Origin: Candidatus Kaiserbacteria bacterium
GTDB lineage: Bacteria; Patescibacteriota; Minisyncoccia; Phycocordibacterales; UBA2100
Length of the DNA stretch: 64,000 nucleotides
Direction of reading: 5' to 3'
Assembly (NCBI GenBank): GCA_963767115.1
Contig: CAVYCR010000001.1
Location: 130,430 to 194,429, forward strand
The translations under genes and the position numbers were made by a program. Below the pieces are notes generated by a model that saw only the letters and a program-made list of their open reading frames with translations, did not search any database and was not told where the DNA came from. Below, in pieces: positions 1 to 9,449 of this stretch (position 1 is its first letter; every line of letters begins with the position of its first letter).

Positions 1-865
1 TTGTCGCGACAACAAACCCTTTGGAGCGATCCACGGTCGGCGGGTTCGACTCGCCGTCCCAGAAGAGATACGGGTACTCGATGCCATTGTCGAAGATTTC
101 TCCGTCTGGGTACGCGGTCACCTGCCAGCCGTTTCCATAGGCAGGCACTGACTGGTCGATATGCGCCGGGTAGATCGACACTGACACATTTGTTTTCTTT
201 GTCGGATACAGATAAATTACCGGCTTGCCGGGATCGAACGCCTGAAACGTATCACCGCCGGGACCGGTACAATAATAGCCGAGCGTTGAGTCGCAGGTGT
301 TTGGGTTTGAACCGTCCGGGTTTTCGTCGCTATAGAGGAATTCGCCATTATACGATGTGCTAAGCGCTACATTTTGTAGGTTCTCAAGCTTGGCGCGCAG
401 GCGGTAGCTCTGATCAGGGGATGGTAGCGCAGAAGGCATGTATCCGTACGTCTGCGATGGATAGAGCGGGTCTTGTATGGATGGCGTGCTTGCGGCATAC
501 GCTACCGAATCTTCTATAGTAGAAAGCATCTTATCGAGCGGCGATTGCGCGAGGTTCTCTTCTTGTGCGCTCTGCTCCTGTGCTTTGGCGATATCCCCGT
601 CGCTCGTAAGTGTTGTCAAAAGACTCGCCCAGTTCGCCGCCTCGTCAGTATTGTGCATCGAAGGATACTTGCCGTGGCCGATGTAGTAGAGCTCAAGCGC
701 CTCGCTCACGGTGTGTAACTGCGATAAGCGGGCGGCATCCCGCGCCTGTGAGCGTGCTTGGCCGAGCTCGACAAGGATAATACTCGCAAGAATACCGATG
801 ATAGCGATGACGACGAGGAGCTCAATGAGCGTAAAACCAGACGATGTCTTGCGCGCCTTTGTCAT
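1..865 (-). CDS. Type IV pilin-like protein (prepilin-type N-terminal domain); C-terminal end lies beyond the window
   Basis: Absent from the ORF track because the frame is open at the window edge. Reverse-strand ATG at 865-863. Translation starts [31 protein letters not shown], i.e. a G|FTLIE prepilin cleavage motif followed by a hydrophobic helix. The frame stays open to position 1. Confidence 0.8.
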   Translation of the reverse strand, partial: MTKARKTSSGFTLIELLVVIAIIGILASIILVELGQARSQARDAARLSQLHTVSEALELYYIGHGKYPSMHNTDEAANWASLLTTLTSDGDIAKAQEQSAQEENLAQSPLDKMLSTIEDSVAYAASTPSIQDPLYPSQTYGYMPSALPSPDQSYRLRAKLENLQNVALSTSYNGEFLYSDENPDGSNPNTCDSTLGYYCTGPGGDTFQAFDPGKPVIYLYPTKKTNVSVSIYPAHIDQSVPAYGNGWQVTAYPDGEIFDNGIEYPYLFWDGESNPPTVDRSKGFVVAT

Positions 866-942
866 ACGATTTCCTTATATCGTATATCGAAAACTGATAA
901 ACCCGCTTCGTGGGTGTTAATAAGCTGGCCCGCATATTCTTG

Positions 943-2130
943 TTACAGGGCCGTCTCACGGTGTGGGGCACACACAGCGACGATGGTTAGTATGCCTGCA
1001 ATAGCAAGAAGTATGCTCGGAAAGCGCAAATCTACATTTACAGAAGAAAGGAATTGAACCTGTGACGAGAGGTACGGCATGTATGCCAGAGTCGAGGCGC
1101 CGACGATGAGTACGGGTAAGTACCAGCGGTGCGGTTTTAAGAATACGTACAAGACGGAGAGCATGTCGGCAAGGTAGAAATAACGCTCATGCATGCGCGG
1201 CAGGAAATACGGCACCAGAAGTACGCATGCAAGTGAGAGAAGAACTATCATTGATGAGTGATGTATCGGCGTCTTTTTTATATACACAATGATTGCGAAT
1301 GCTACAGCGCATGCGATCGCTATCCCCGACCAAAAGAGCACACTCATCGCCAGCGGTGCAAGTGGCAGGTTGTTGACGAAGGCGAAAATACTCGGCGACG
1401 AGACAGAGAGATAGAGATATTCGCCGGATTGTTTCGCATACACCGTGAGCCAATAAAAGAAATCGCCGCCGAAGATTGCTGCCGGTAGGATCGACACGGC
1501 GTATACGATCGGCGGGATCGCTGCGTACCACATCGTGGCGCGGCGTTTTGCTAGGTATCCGATGAGAACCGGTGCAAAGAAGATCGCCTGCACTTTGACA
1601 GAGAGCGCAAGGCCGAAGAGAAGTGCAGCTGCAAGCGGCGCATCAAGGAGTATGCACACAAGCGATGCGAGAATAGGCGCCGCATAGACGGCGTCGGATT
1701 GTCCCCACAGCGAGCTGTTGAGTAGAAAAGTGGGTATGCAAAGAAACACTGCGAAGATCAAAAAGAGCGCGGCGTCACTATAACGGATCGCCGAAAAACG
1801 GCGGACCGTGAATACTGCAATGCCCGCAATAATGATCTCGAAGATGAGCGAAAGTGTCTTCTCGCTTACAAGGCTGCTTGTGGGGATGAATGTCAGTATC
1901 TTGAGAAGATACAGATACATCGGCGCGTAATCAGAGAATGGCTGCGCAAAAGCGCTGAAGCCAGGGCTCTGCAGTGTCGTGAACCACGGTGCGATGAAAT
2001 AAACATAATCAGAAACTGTGATCGGATACCATAAAATACGAACGAGGAATGAAAGTAGTATCAAGATAAAACCGGCGGCAAATAAAAACAGCCGGCGCTC
2101 GGTGGACGCTGTGGACACTGGCACGATCAT
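943..2130 (-). CDS. Polytopic membrane glycosyltransferase-like protein (GT-C fold, mannosyltransferase/DUF2029-like)
   Basis: 395-aa ORF with many hydrophobic segments. The N-terminal region (YPITVSDYVYFIAPWF...FSDYAPMYLYLL) resembles lipid-linked-sugar-dependent GT-C enzymes. The family call is from recall only. Confidence 0.5.
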   Translation of the reverse strand: MIVPVSTASTERRLFLFAAGFILILLSFLVRILWYPITVSDYVYFIAPWFTTLQSPGFSAFAQPFSDYAPMYLYLLKILTFIPTSSLVSEKTLSLIFEIIIAGIAVFTVRRFSAIRYSDAALFLIFAVFLCIPTFLLNSSLWGQSDAVYAAPILASLVCILLDAPLAAALLFGLALSVKVQAIFFAPVLIGYLAKRRATMWYAAIPPIVYAVSILPAAIFGGDFFYWLTVYAKQSGEYLYLSVSSPSIFAFVNNLPLAPLAMSVLFWSGIAIACAVAFAIIVYIKKTPIHHSSMIVLLSLACVLLVPYFLPRMHERYFYLADMLSVLYVFLKPHRWYLPVLIVGASTLAYMPYLSSQVQFLSSVNVDLRFPSILLAIAGILTIVAVCAPHRETAL

Positions 2131-2310
2131 AAATCAATAGTTCAATAGAGATGGTGGAGAAATCATGAATATGAATGTCACTACCAACAAACACTCGCGC
2201 TTCAGACAAACTTAATTTGCATACGCGTATCTTCAGTCTTGACGGACGCATCAGGATCAGAGGCTATCAAATAGTACTGTAATGACTTTCATGCGCGCCC
2301 GTCATTCTTT

Positions 2311-3435
2311 ATGATGAAACCAATTTCGCTCACGGTCTTCTTCCCTGTCTACAATGAAGAGGAAAATATCAGACAAACTATCTTGCACACTATTCGTACA
2401 GTTGAAGATTCGCCATACGTCAGCGAGTACGAGATCATTGCGGTCAACGATGGGAGTGTCGACGCATCACGCAGTATCGCCGAATCACTTGCGCATATTT
2501 TCCCGCAGGTTCGCGTCGTTGATCACGCGGCAAACCGCGGCTACGGCGAAGCATTGAAGACAGGCATCGCGCAAGCGCGCATGGAATACGTCTTCTTCAC
2601 AGACGCCGATATGCAGTTCGATATTCTCGAACTTCAGAACTTACTCGTTCATCTCCCTGAATATCAGGTCGTCATCGGGTATCGCGCGCCGCGCCGCGAC
2701 CCGCTTGTACGTCTCATGAATGCGCGGGTGTGGAATGTCTTGAACCGCACACTCTTTGGCTTGCAGATCCGCGACATCGACTGTGCCTTCAAGATCTTCC
2801 GCACTGACATCGTGCAATCCCTCGATCTGCAATCCCACGGCGCGATGATCAGCGCAGAGACACTGATCAGGCTCACTCGTGCCGGTGTCACTCTCAAGCA
2901 AGTCCCCGTCTCGCACCTGCCCCGCACTGCTGGCTCGCCGACCGGCGCCAAGCCCGCGGTCATCTTGCGTGCGCTTCAGGAGATGGTCGACCTCTATCGC
3001 GGCGATCTCGGCCTCGCTACACAGAAGGAGGCCCTACGATTCATGAGTGTCGGCATCATCAACACACTGCTTGATGCGGTAGCCTACGTGGCGCTCACGC
3101 GCGGCACCATCTACTTCCACGAGCATCTCGTCATCGCGAAGTTTGCATCCTTCCTCGCAGGCACACTCTCAAGTCTCGTATTGAATCGTTCGTGGACCTT
3201 CGGTCTTCCCGGGCGACCAACACTTGTGGAGGTCGTTCGCTTCTACGCGATGACCTCTGTCTCGATCGCCGTCAACGTGGCACTTATGAGTGCCTTGGTG
3301 GGCTTCGGTATGTACGACCTCTACGCGCTCGTTGTCACGACTGTGTTTACCTTTGCCATCAATTTTACTATCTCAAAAATGTGGGTGTTTCGCCGCGCTA
3401 GTACGAGCGCAAAAACCTATGCCATTTCTTCTTAA
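2311..3435 (+). CDS. Family 2 glycosyltransferase (polyprenyl-phosphate sugar transferase type) fused to a GtrA-like membrane domain
   Basis: N-terminal FPVYNEEENI, AVNDGSVD and FFTDADMQ (DxD) motifs are typical of DPM1/ArnC-type GT2. The C-terminal ~120 aa (RFMSVGIINTLLDAVAYVAL...ISKMWVF) looks like a 4-TM GtrA family domain. Confidence 0.8.
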   Translation: MMKPISLTVFFPVYNEEENIRQTILHTIRTVEDSPYVSEYEIIAVNDGSVDASRSIAESLAHIFPQVRVVDHAANRGYGEALKTGIAQARMEYVFFTDADMQFDILELQNLLVHLPEYQVVIGYRAPRRDPLVRLMNARVWNVLNRTLFGLQIRDIDCAFKIFRTDIVQSLDLQSHGAMISAETLIRLTRAGVTLKQVPVSHLPRTAGSPTGAKPAVILRALQEMVDLYRGDLGLATQKEALRFMSVGIINTLLDAVAYVALTRGTIYFHEHLVIAKFASFLAGTLSSLVLNRSWTFGLPGRPTLVEVVRFYAMTSVSIAVNVALMSALVGFGMYDLYALVVTTVFTFAINFTISKMWVFRRASTSAKTYAISS

Positions 3436-3688
3436 CACCACTGTCGCAACCTCGACCAACATCTACAGTTTGAGCGACTCACTCTCGACACTGCAGACCT
3501 ACGACGCGCTTTTCCTCGCTTTTGCTTTTGCTTTCGTCGGACTCTTGCTCGTGGAGGCACGAACGCTCGCGATCATTTATAGGTTTGTGCGGCGCCTTTT
3601 TCGTCGCCAGAGTAAAAGTAAGAGTCAGAGCAATCGCGATATACAGGAGCTTGAGCGAGAGTCCTTGCAAGGTCAACAAATAACCTAA
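3419..3688 (+). CDS. Small hypothetical membrane protein
   Basis: An internal ATG of ORF 3290..3688 overlaps the GT2 stop. There is one clear hydrophobic helix (ALFLAFAFAFVGLLLV) followed by a basic tail. No homology recognised. Confidence 0.35.
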   Translation: MPFLLNTTVATSTNIYSLSDSLSTLQTYDALFLAFAFAFVGLLLVEARTLAIIYRFVRRLFRRQSKSKSQSNRDIQELERESLQGQQIT

Positions 3689-3694
3689 AGAATT

Positions 3695-4918
3695 ATGGCA
3701 ACAAGAACTCTTGGATATCTTCTGCTTATCGCGGCGATCATTGTGGTCGCGGGCGTCGTCTATCGCGATTCGCTCAAGAGCGAAGTACCGCTCGTCTATA
3801 CGCCGACCCAGCTTCTCGAAGCGACATGGCTCAACTACAAGACCGAGTATGTGCAAGCCAACACCTATCGCACCGTCGATACAAGCAGCAACAGCATCAC
3901 AACCTCTGAAGGCCAGAGCTATACGATGCTGCGCGCCGTATGGATGGGCGACAAAACGACCTTCGATGGCGCGTGGCAGTGGACACAAGACAACATACAA
4001 CATTCGAGCGACCATCTCTTTGCATGGGAATGGGGCGAGACCGCGACGGGTACCTACGGTGTCCTCACGGCAGATAACGGGCAGAACAGCGCCTCCGATG
4101 CCGACACTGACATCGCGCTCTCGCTCGTCTTCGCCTATGGGCGCTGGCAGGACCCGACGTATCTTAAGGACGCGCGTGCGATCGTGACTGACATCTGGAA
4201 CGACGACGTGATAGAGGCGCAAGGCAAGCCATACATGAGTGCTGACGATCTCGAGAAAAAATCTCCCACCTGGGCTGTCATCGACCCTTCGTATTTCAAT
4301 CCTGCAGCGTATCGCATCTTCGCTCAGGTCGACCCCACTCATCCCTGGGCTGAACTCGTGACGGACTCTGATGCACTTCTTTTACAAAGCATGGGTGCTG
4401 ATCTCGGTTCATCGAAGAGCGACGGCTTGCCGCCGGATTGGTTCGAGATCAACAAAACGACCGGCGCCTTGCAGGCTGTACCGATCACAAGCGACGACAC
4501 CAACTTCGGCTACGACGCGATGCGTGTTCCCTTCAGACTTGCCCTCGATTACGAGTGGTACAAGGACCCTGAAGACCTCACGATCCTCTCCAAGATGTCT
4601 CTCCTGCAGGAAGTGTGGCACCAAAACGGGACGATCCCCTCGATCTCTGCACATGACGGCACTGTCGTTACTGCAAGCGAAGATGCATCGATCTACGGCG
4701 GCACAATCGGCTATTTTATGGTTGCCGACAAAGCCGACGCAGCAGATGTCTACAACCAAAAGTTGCTCTTCCTCTACAACCCCGGCGCCAACGCATGGAA
4801 GCTGCCACTCTCGTATTACGACGACAACTGGGCATGGTTCGGTATCGCGCTCTACAACGGAGAGCTGCCCAACCTTGTCTCACAGCTTCCTGCTTCCGCG
4901 TTCAGCCAATCATCATGA
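3695..4918 (+). CDS. Glycoside hydrolase family 8 endoglucanase (BcsZ-like), N-terminal membrane anchor
   Basis: ASDADTDIALSLVFAYGRW fits the GH8 active-site signature as I recall it (A-[ST]-D-[AG]-D-x2-[IM]-A-x-[SA]...). SEGQSYTMLRAVW lies upstream of it. The N-terminal TM segment is LGYLLLIAAIIVVAGVV. Confidence 0.85.
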   Translation: MATRTLGYLLLIAAIIVVAGVVYRDSLKSEVPLVYTPTQLLEATWLNYKTEYVQANTYRTVDTSSNSITTSEGQSYTMLRAVWMGDKTTFDGAWQWTQDNIQHSSDHLFAWEWGETATGTYGVLTADNGQNSASDADTDIALSLVFAYGRWQDPTYLKDARAIVTDIWNDDVIEAQGKPYMSADDLEKKSPTWAVIDPSYFNPAAYRIFAQVDPTHPWAELVTDSDALLLQSMGADLGSSKSDGLPPDWFEINKTTGALQAVPITSDDTNFGYDAMRVPFRLALDYEWYKDPEDLTILSKMSLLQEVWHQNGTIPSISAHDGTVVTASEDASIYGGTIGYFMVADKADAADVYNQKLLFLYNPGANAWKLPLSYYDDNWAWFGIALYNGELPNLVSQLPASAFSQSS

Positions 4919-4958
4919 TGAAAACGATTTAATACCTCTATAAATCAAAACCAAACGT

Positions 4959-6506
4959 ATGCAGCCCATCAGAAACATCCGTACCGATTTCCTACGCACC
5001 AACACGCCCAAGATCCTCTTCGCGATCAATGCGCTCCTCGCGATCACTTATTTCTGCGTCCTCACCTTTTTCTTCCCGGTAGGCAACCGCGTGCTCTTCG
5101 GGCTTTTGATAGCCGGCGAGGTCTACCATCTCTGGCAGGTCTTGACCTTCCTCTACACCGTGTGGGACACGAGCGACCCTGATGCGCCTGATGCCTCGTT
5201 CACACCGTCGGTTGATGTATTTATAACGGTCGCAGGAGAGCCGGTAGAGCTCGTTGAGCGGACCGCGCGCGCAGCACTTGCAATGGACTACCCCGCTTTC
5301 AATGTCTATCTCCTCAACGACGGCTACGTCGCACACAAAGACAATTGGGAGGAAATAGAAGGTCTGGCCGCACGACTCGGTATCGGTTGCATCACGCGCA
5401 CAACTCCCGGCGGCGCGAAGGCCGGCAACATCAACAACGCGCTTACGCTTACAGGAAGCTCGCTCGTCGCTATCTTCGATGCCGATCACGTACCGCATCG
5501 TGACTTCCTCATCAAGACCGCCGGCTATTTCAAAGACCCCAAGATGGGGTTCGTGCAGACGCCACAATTCTATAGCAACTACGCGCGTAACTATCTCACG
5601 ATGAGCTCGTGGGAGCAGCAAGAGATTTTCTTCGGTCCGATCTGCAAAGGCAAAAACAGACTGAATGCCGCCACCATGTGCGGCACCAACATGCTCATCA
5701 GCCGCGGAGCACTTACGTCTGTCGGCGGCATGAATACGCATTCGATCGCCGAAGATTTTGTGACCGGCCTTTTGATGCACGCGAGCGGCTATCGCTCGAT
5801 CTACGTGCCTACGGTCTTGGCTGAGGGTTTGGCGACCGAAGACTTACTCACCTATTCCAAGCAGCAGTTCCGTTGGGGACGCGGCGCTCTCGACGTCATC
5901 TTCCGTTGGAACCCGCTTCTTATGCGCGGCCTTACGTTCGCGCAGCGGATACAGTATCTCTCGTCAGCGAGCTTCTACCTCTCGGGGCTCTTTGTACTGA
6001 TTGATGCAATGTTGCCCGTCGTATTCTTCTACACTGGGCTCGTGCCTGTGCAGGTCGCCGGCATGTTTCTTGCGAGCATCTTCCTGCCGTACTTCTTCCT
6101 CACGCTCTATATGATCGAATACTCGTCGAATTTCACGTTCACCTTCTCGTCGCTGTGCTTCTCGATGGGCAGTTTCTCCATCCAGCTCAAGGCGCTCGGA
6201 AGTGCCTTGACTGGGACCAATGCAAAGTTTGAAATCACTGAGAAGCGCCGCAATAGTCAGATGGGTCAAACACCACAACGCACCTCGTATCTCTCGATCG
6301 TGAAATGGCACATCGTCTACATCGCACTTGTGATCGCCGGCATTCCGATCGCCTACTTGCGCGGGGGATTCTCTGCATCTCTCATCAACAATTGTGCGTG
6401 GGCATTCCTCAACATTGTGATATTCCTACCCTTCATCCGCGCGGCACTTCCGCAACAAGAAGCGTTTTATCAAGAAGAAGCTTCGCCCGCGCTCGCGACG
6501 CGGTAG
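4959..6506 (+). CDS. Cellulose synthase-like processive beta-glycan synthase (GT2, BcsA-like catalytic subunit, no PilZ domain)
   Basis: Motifs FDADHVP (DxD), SIAEDFVTG (TED-type) and QQFRWGRGAL (QxxRW), flanked by N- and C-terminal TM helices. The C-terminus is short and has no RxxxR/DxSxxG PilZ motif. Confidence 0.8.
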   Translation: MQPIRNIRTDFLRTNTPKILFAINALLAITYFCVLTFFFPVGNRVLFGLLIAGEVYHLWQVLTFLYTVWDTSDPDAPDASFTPSVDVFITVAGEPVELVERTARAALAMDYPAFNVYLLNDGYVAHKDNWEEIEGLAARLGIGCITRTTPGGAKAGNINNALTLTGSSLVAIFDADHVPHRDFLIKTAGYFKDPKMGFVQTPQFYSNYARNYLTMSSWEQQEIFFGPICKGKNRLNAATMCGTNMLISRGALTSVGGMNTHSIAEDFVTGLLMHASGYRSIYVPTVLAEGLATEDLLTYSKQQFRWGRGALDVIFRWNPLLMRGLTFAQRIQYLSSASFYLSGLFVLIDAMLPVVFFYTGLVPVQVAGMFLASIFLPYFFLTLYMIEYSSNFTFTFSSLCFSMGSFSIQLKALGSALTGTNAKFEITEKRRNSQMGQTPQRTSYLSIVKWHIVYIALVIAGIPIAYLRGGFSASLINNCAWAFLNIVIFLPFIRAALPQQEAFYQEEASPALATR

Positions 6507-6509
6507 CCT

Positions 6510-8141
6510 ATGGAATCCTCTATGGCCAAGAACTCTACACGTGTATCCGGGCTTCGGGGAATGCTTTTTGCGACCCGAACGATAGGCGGAAGCGCGAAAA
6601 ACATTCCCCGAAGCCTGGTCGGTCGCACGTGGAGCACGAGTCGAACTTTCGTTATTTGCGCGCTCATCGCCTGCATGGCGATACCGATCTTCCTTTCCGC
6701 CTTTTTCTTCATGGGACAGAGCCTGCGACTCGACGAGGCGCAGAGCCTCTGGCAGACATCTCGCAGTTTCGGCGACATTTTCACGGTCGTCGCCGGTGAC
6801 GTGCACGTGCCGCTGTATCACCTCTTACTCAGGTTCTGGCGCCTCTATGTCGGCAACACAGTCACTGATGCACGTGCGCTCTCGTTGCTCTTCTATGTCA
6901 TCTCGATCCCAGTGCTTTACATGCTTGGCCGTAGAGCATATGAAAGCCGCACTGCGCTCTTTGCCACCTTCCTCTTCTCGATCTCGCCGTTTATGAATTG
7001 GTACGGCAACGAAGTGCGCATGTACACGCTCTTCACACTCTTCGTCATACTCAACCAATATTTCTACGTCCGTATTTTCAAAGCCAAAGCAGACGGTGGT
7101 GAACCGAGCGACCATATTTGGGCCGGCTATACACTCACCGCTCTCTTCGGCGCGTTTACACATTATTTCTTCTTTCTCAATTTGCTCGCACAAGCCGTCT
7201 TCTATTTCCTCCGCCGCGACCTCTTCCCTATAGGTTCTCTGAAACGATTTATTTTTGCAGCAGTTATCGTCGTCGGTAGTTTCCTACCATGGGGATGGTA
7301 TGTGCTCCACCTCGGCACTGCCGGCTTCCAAGAGCCCGTCTTAGCGCTCCCCTCTTCGGTTGATTTCTTCAGCGCCTTCGGCCAATTCCTCTACGGTTTT
7401 CAGAACGACAACGTCAACACGGTCTTCCTCTCACTCTGGCCGATCGTAGTAGTGCTTGGGCTCATTTCGCTCAGGCGAAGTCATAGACTCCAAGCAGAGA
7501 GCGAATATTTCCTGCTCACGGTGCTGCTCTCGTTTGCGGTAGCTTTCTTCGGGAGCTTCGTGCTCGCACCCGTTTTCGTGAGCCGCTACCTCATCTTCAC
7601 CATCCCCGCTTTCTACCTCTTGCTCGCGAGTCTCTTTGAAAATTATTCGCCGCGTATGCAAGAGCTGGCGCAATGGGGACTCGCGTGCATTATGATAGCG
7701 ACCCTCGGGCTCGAGATTATCAACCCTACGATGCCCGTGAAAGAAGATTACTCGCAGGCGGTCGCATACATCGACACGCACGCGACCTCGCAAGACAGTG
7801 TGATCCTCTCCGCGCCGTTCACCATCTATCCAGTGCAGTATTACTACACGGGCCAAGCACCAGTAACCACGCTCCCTATATGGAACCAATACGCTTACGG
7901 CGGGATTCCGGCTTTTAGCGCAAGTACGCTTGCCTCACAAGTACAGCAAGACGTCGGTGCGAGTCAAAATATTTATCTCTTGCTCTCGTACAACCAAGGC
8001 TACGAGCTCGACATCAAAAACTATTTCGATTCGCACTATCAAATGGTCTACAGTCAGACCTTCTCTGACGATCTCAATCTCTACGTCTACAAAGCCCGCT
8101 ATGACACGGGCGCAACAGCTATTGCAACCACGTTGAAATAA
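6510..8141 (+). CDS. Polytopic GT-C glycosyltransferase (ArnT/PMT, GT39/83-like)
   Basis: 543-aa multi-TM ORF. The N-terminal loop LRLDEAQSLWQTSRSFGDIF...HVPLYHLLLRFW...NEVRMYTLF resembles the ArnT/PMT family. The start is uncertain (6510 or 6522). Confidence 0.6.
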   Translation: MESSMAKNSTRVSGLRGMLFATRTIGGSAKNIPRSLVGRTWSTSRTFVICALIACMAIPIFLSAFFFMGQSLRLDEAQSLWQTSRSFGDIFTVVAGDVHVPLYHLLLRFWRLYVGNTVTDARALSLLFYVISIPVLYMLGRRAYESRTALFATFLFSISPFMNWYGNEVRMYTLFTLFVILNQYFYVRIFKAKADGGEPSDHIWAGYTLTALFGAFTHYFFFLNLLAQAVFYFLRRDLFPIGSLKRFIFAAVIVVGSFLPWGWYVLHLGTAGFQEPVLALPSSVDFFSAFGQFLYGFQNDNVNTVFLSLWPIVVVLGLISLRRSHRLQAESEYFLLTVLLSFAVAFFGSFVLAPVFVSRYLIFTIPAFYLLLASLFENYSPRMQELAQWGLACIMIATLGLEIINPTMPVKEDYSQAVAYIDTHATSQDSVILSAPFTIYPVQYYYTGQAPVTTLPIWNQYAYGGIPAFSASTLASQVQQDVGASQNIYLLLSYNQGYELDIKNYFDSHYQMVYSQTFSDDLNLYVYKARYDTGATAIATTLK

Positions 8142-8168
8142 AAAACGCCCCGCGATTGTGCGGGGCGT
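8141..8168. terminator. Intrinsic terminator hairpin between convergent genes
   Basis: Stem cgccccg / cggggcg (7 bp, 8-nt loop) preceded by an A5 run. This gives a T-run on the minus strand for the 8179..8583 gene. Confidence 0.6.
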
Positions 8169-8178
8169 AAATCGGCTC

Positions 8179-8583
8179 TCATCTGCGCTTTTGTCTGACG
8201 CGAGTCAAGTCGCGGAAGTCACGAAGCGCAGGACAATCGACTCCTGATATGCGAACCCATGGGGGGGTCTCGCCCTCCTCATATTCTCGAATCATTTCTG
8301 CGCCGCGCTCCAAGTCTCTCACGTTCAGTAGAAAGTTGACCCTCCACGTACCGTTATCGGTAGTGATCTGTGCGCGGAATAGCACTCCAGACTGCGATCC
8401 GACAGAATGCGTGTCCCATCTCGTCTCGAGGGTCCCCTCGCATGTGTCACCAATTACAGGCATGCGATTCCATCGCTTGCGATGCAGGTCGCAGGCTGTG
8501 ATTTTCAGCGTATCGCGGACACTTTCGGGCACTATCCCGGGCCCATCCTCATTCAAAAGACAAATCCAAGAATCGTAGGACAT
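8179..8583 (-). CDS. Hypothetical protein (134 aa)
   Basis: Internal ATG of ORF 8179..8814, preceded by AGGAGG 5 nt upstream (caggaggcgataATG). No recognisable family. Confidence 0.5.
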   Translation of the reverse strand: MSYDSWICLLNEDGPGIVPESVRDTLKITACDLHRKRWNRMPVIGDTCEGTLETRWDTHSVGSQSGVLFRAQITTDNGTWRVNFLLNVRDLERGAEMIREYEEGETPPWVRISGVDCPALRDFRDLTRVRQKRR

Positions 8584-8871
8584 TATCGCCTCCTGTTTGT
8601 GCCAGCGAACACAATATCCCCCGACGCATTTAAAGTCCAACAATATAATAAAATGTTGCGCCATTGTGTCGACAAGAAAAAGCCGCTCCAGGGGTGTCTT
8701 TGCCACGCGACCCCGCCTTTCGGGCGGAGCCGCGTGAAATTGGCCTAGGCCAATTTTATACGCGGCTGGCCGACTTGAGCTGGAACCGTGGTCGGTCAAG
8801 GTGGGCTTGACCATTTAGTCTAGTTTTAGATCTTCAAAACGATGCGTCTCGGGCGCTATGCTTTTCGCCAC

Positions 8872-9441
8872 TGATCAGGGGTCTTCGAGTATCCAGTTAA
8901 AAGTGGAAACTTTTACACTGGTAAACACATACCACTTATTACCAAAGAGCTATTCGATCTAGTTCAAATACAGGTCAAAAGCCAGTTCGTAAGATCGGAA
9001 ACAAAGGAGTTTGCCTTCACTAAACTTATGGAGTGCGGCCTTTGTGGATCGGGTATCAGTGCCGATGAGAAGTTTAAGAAACAGAAGAATGGCAACACTC
9101 ATCGTCACGTCTACTACGGATGTACAAAAGTAAGAGACAAAGAATGTAAATGTGGTTACATCAATGAGGTTGATTTGCTCAAGCAATTTGAAGTCCTCAT
9201 GGATAAAATTGATATAGACGAAATTGGTATAAAGGAAAAAATCAAGGAAGAGGTAGAAAGATTCAAGAAATTTCAGCAAGCGCTCCTAGGCAAGAAGGAT
9301 AAAATAACTGTAGGGGATATTGATATCCGAAACTACGCGAAATATCTTCTGCAAGAAGGAAAAGATATTGAAAAAAGAGAATTGTTGGGATGTCTCCGAA
9401 GCGACCTTCAACTCAAAGAAAAGAAGATCTCTTTGGTTTAG
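8872..9441 (+). pseudogene. Large serine recombinase, C-terminal remnant (recombinase + zinc-ribbon + coiled-coil part only)
   Basis: The frame is open from 8872: VFEYPVKSGNFYTGKHIPLITKELFDLVQ...FAFTKLMECGLCGSGISADEKF...HVYYGCTK matches the non-catalytic C-terminal half of large serine recombinases. The N-terminal resolvase catalytic domain is absent, with in-frame stops upstream. Confidence 0.7.
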
Positions 9442-9449
9442 AATTTTAT

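Noticed and set aside
3479-4342. Long antisense or alternative-frame ORFs inside well-supported genes, e.g. 3479..4342, 4992..5780, 26063..26557, 28036..28656, 34055..34768, 34794..35699, 39370..39990, 49519..50208 and 63410..63994.
   Set aside because: They overlap genes with clear family motifs. They have Arg/Ala/Gly-rich low-complexity translations typical of off-frame reading in GC-rich DNA. They lack an RBS or any recognisable domain.
8584-8814. N-terminal 77-aa extension of ORF 8179..8814.
   Set aside because: A strong AGGAGG RBS precedes the internal ATG at 8583, and the extension runs through the junction hairpin array.
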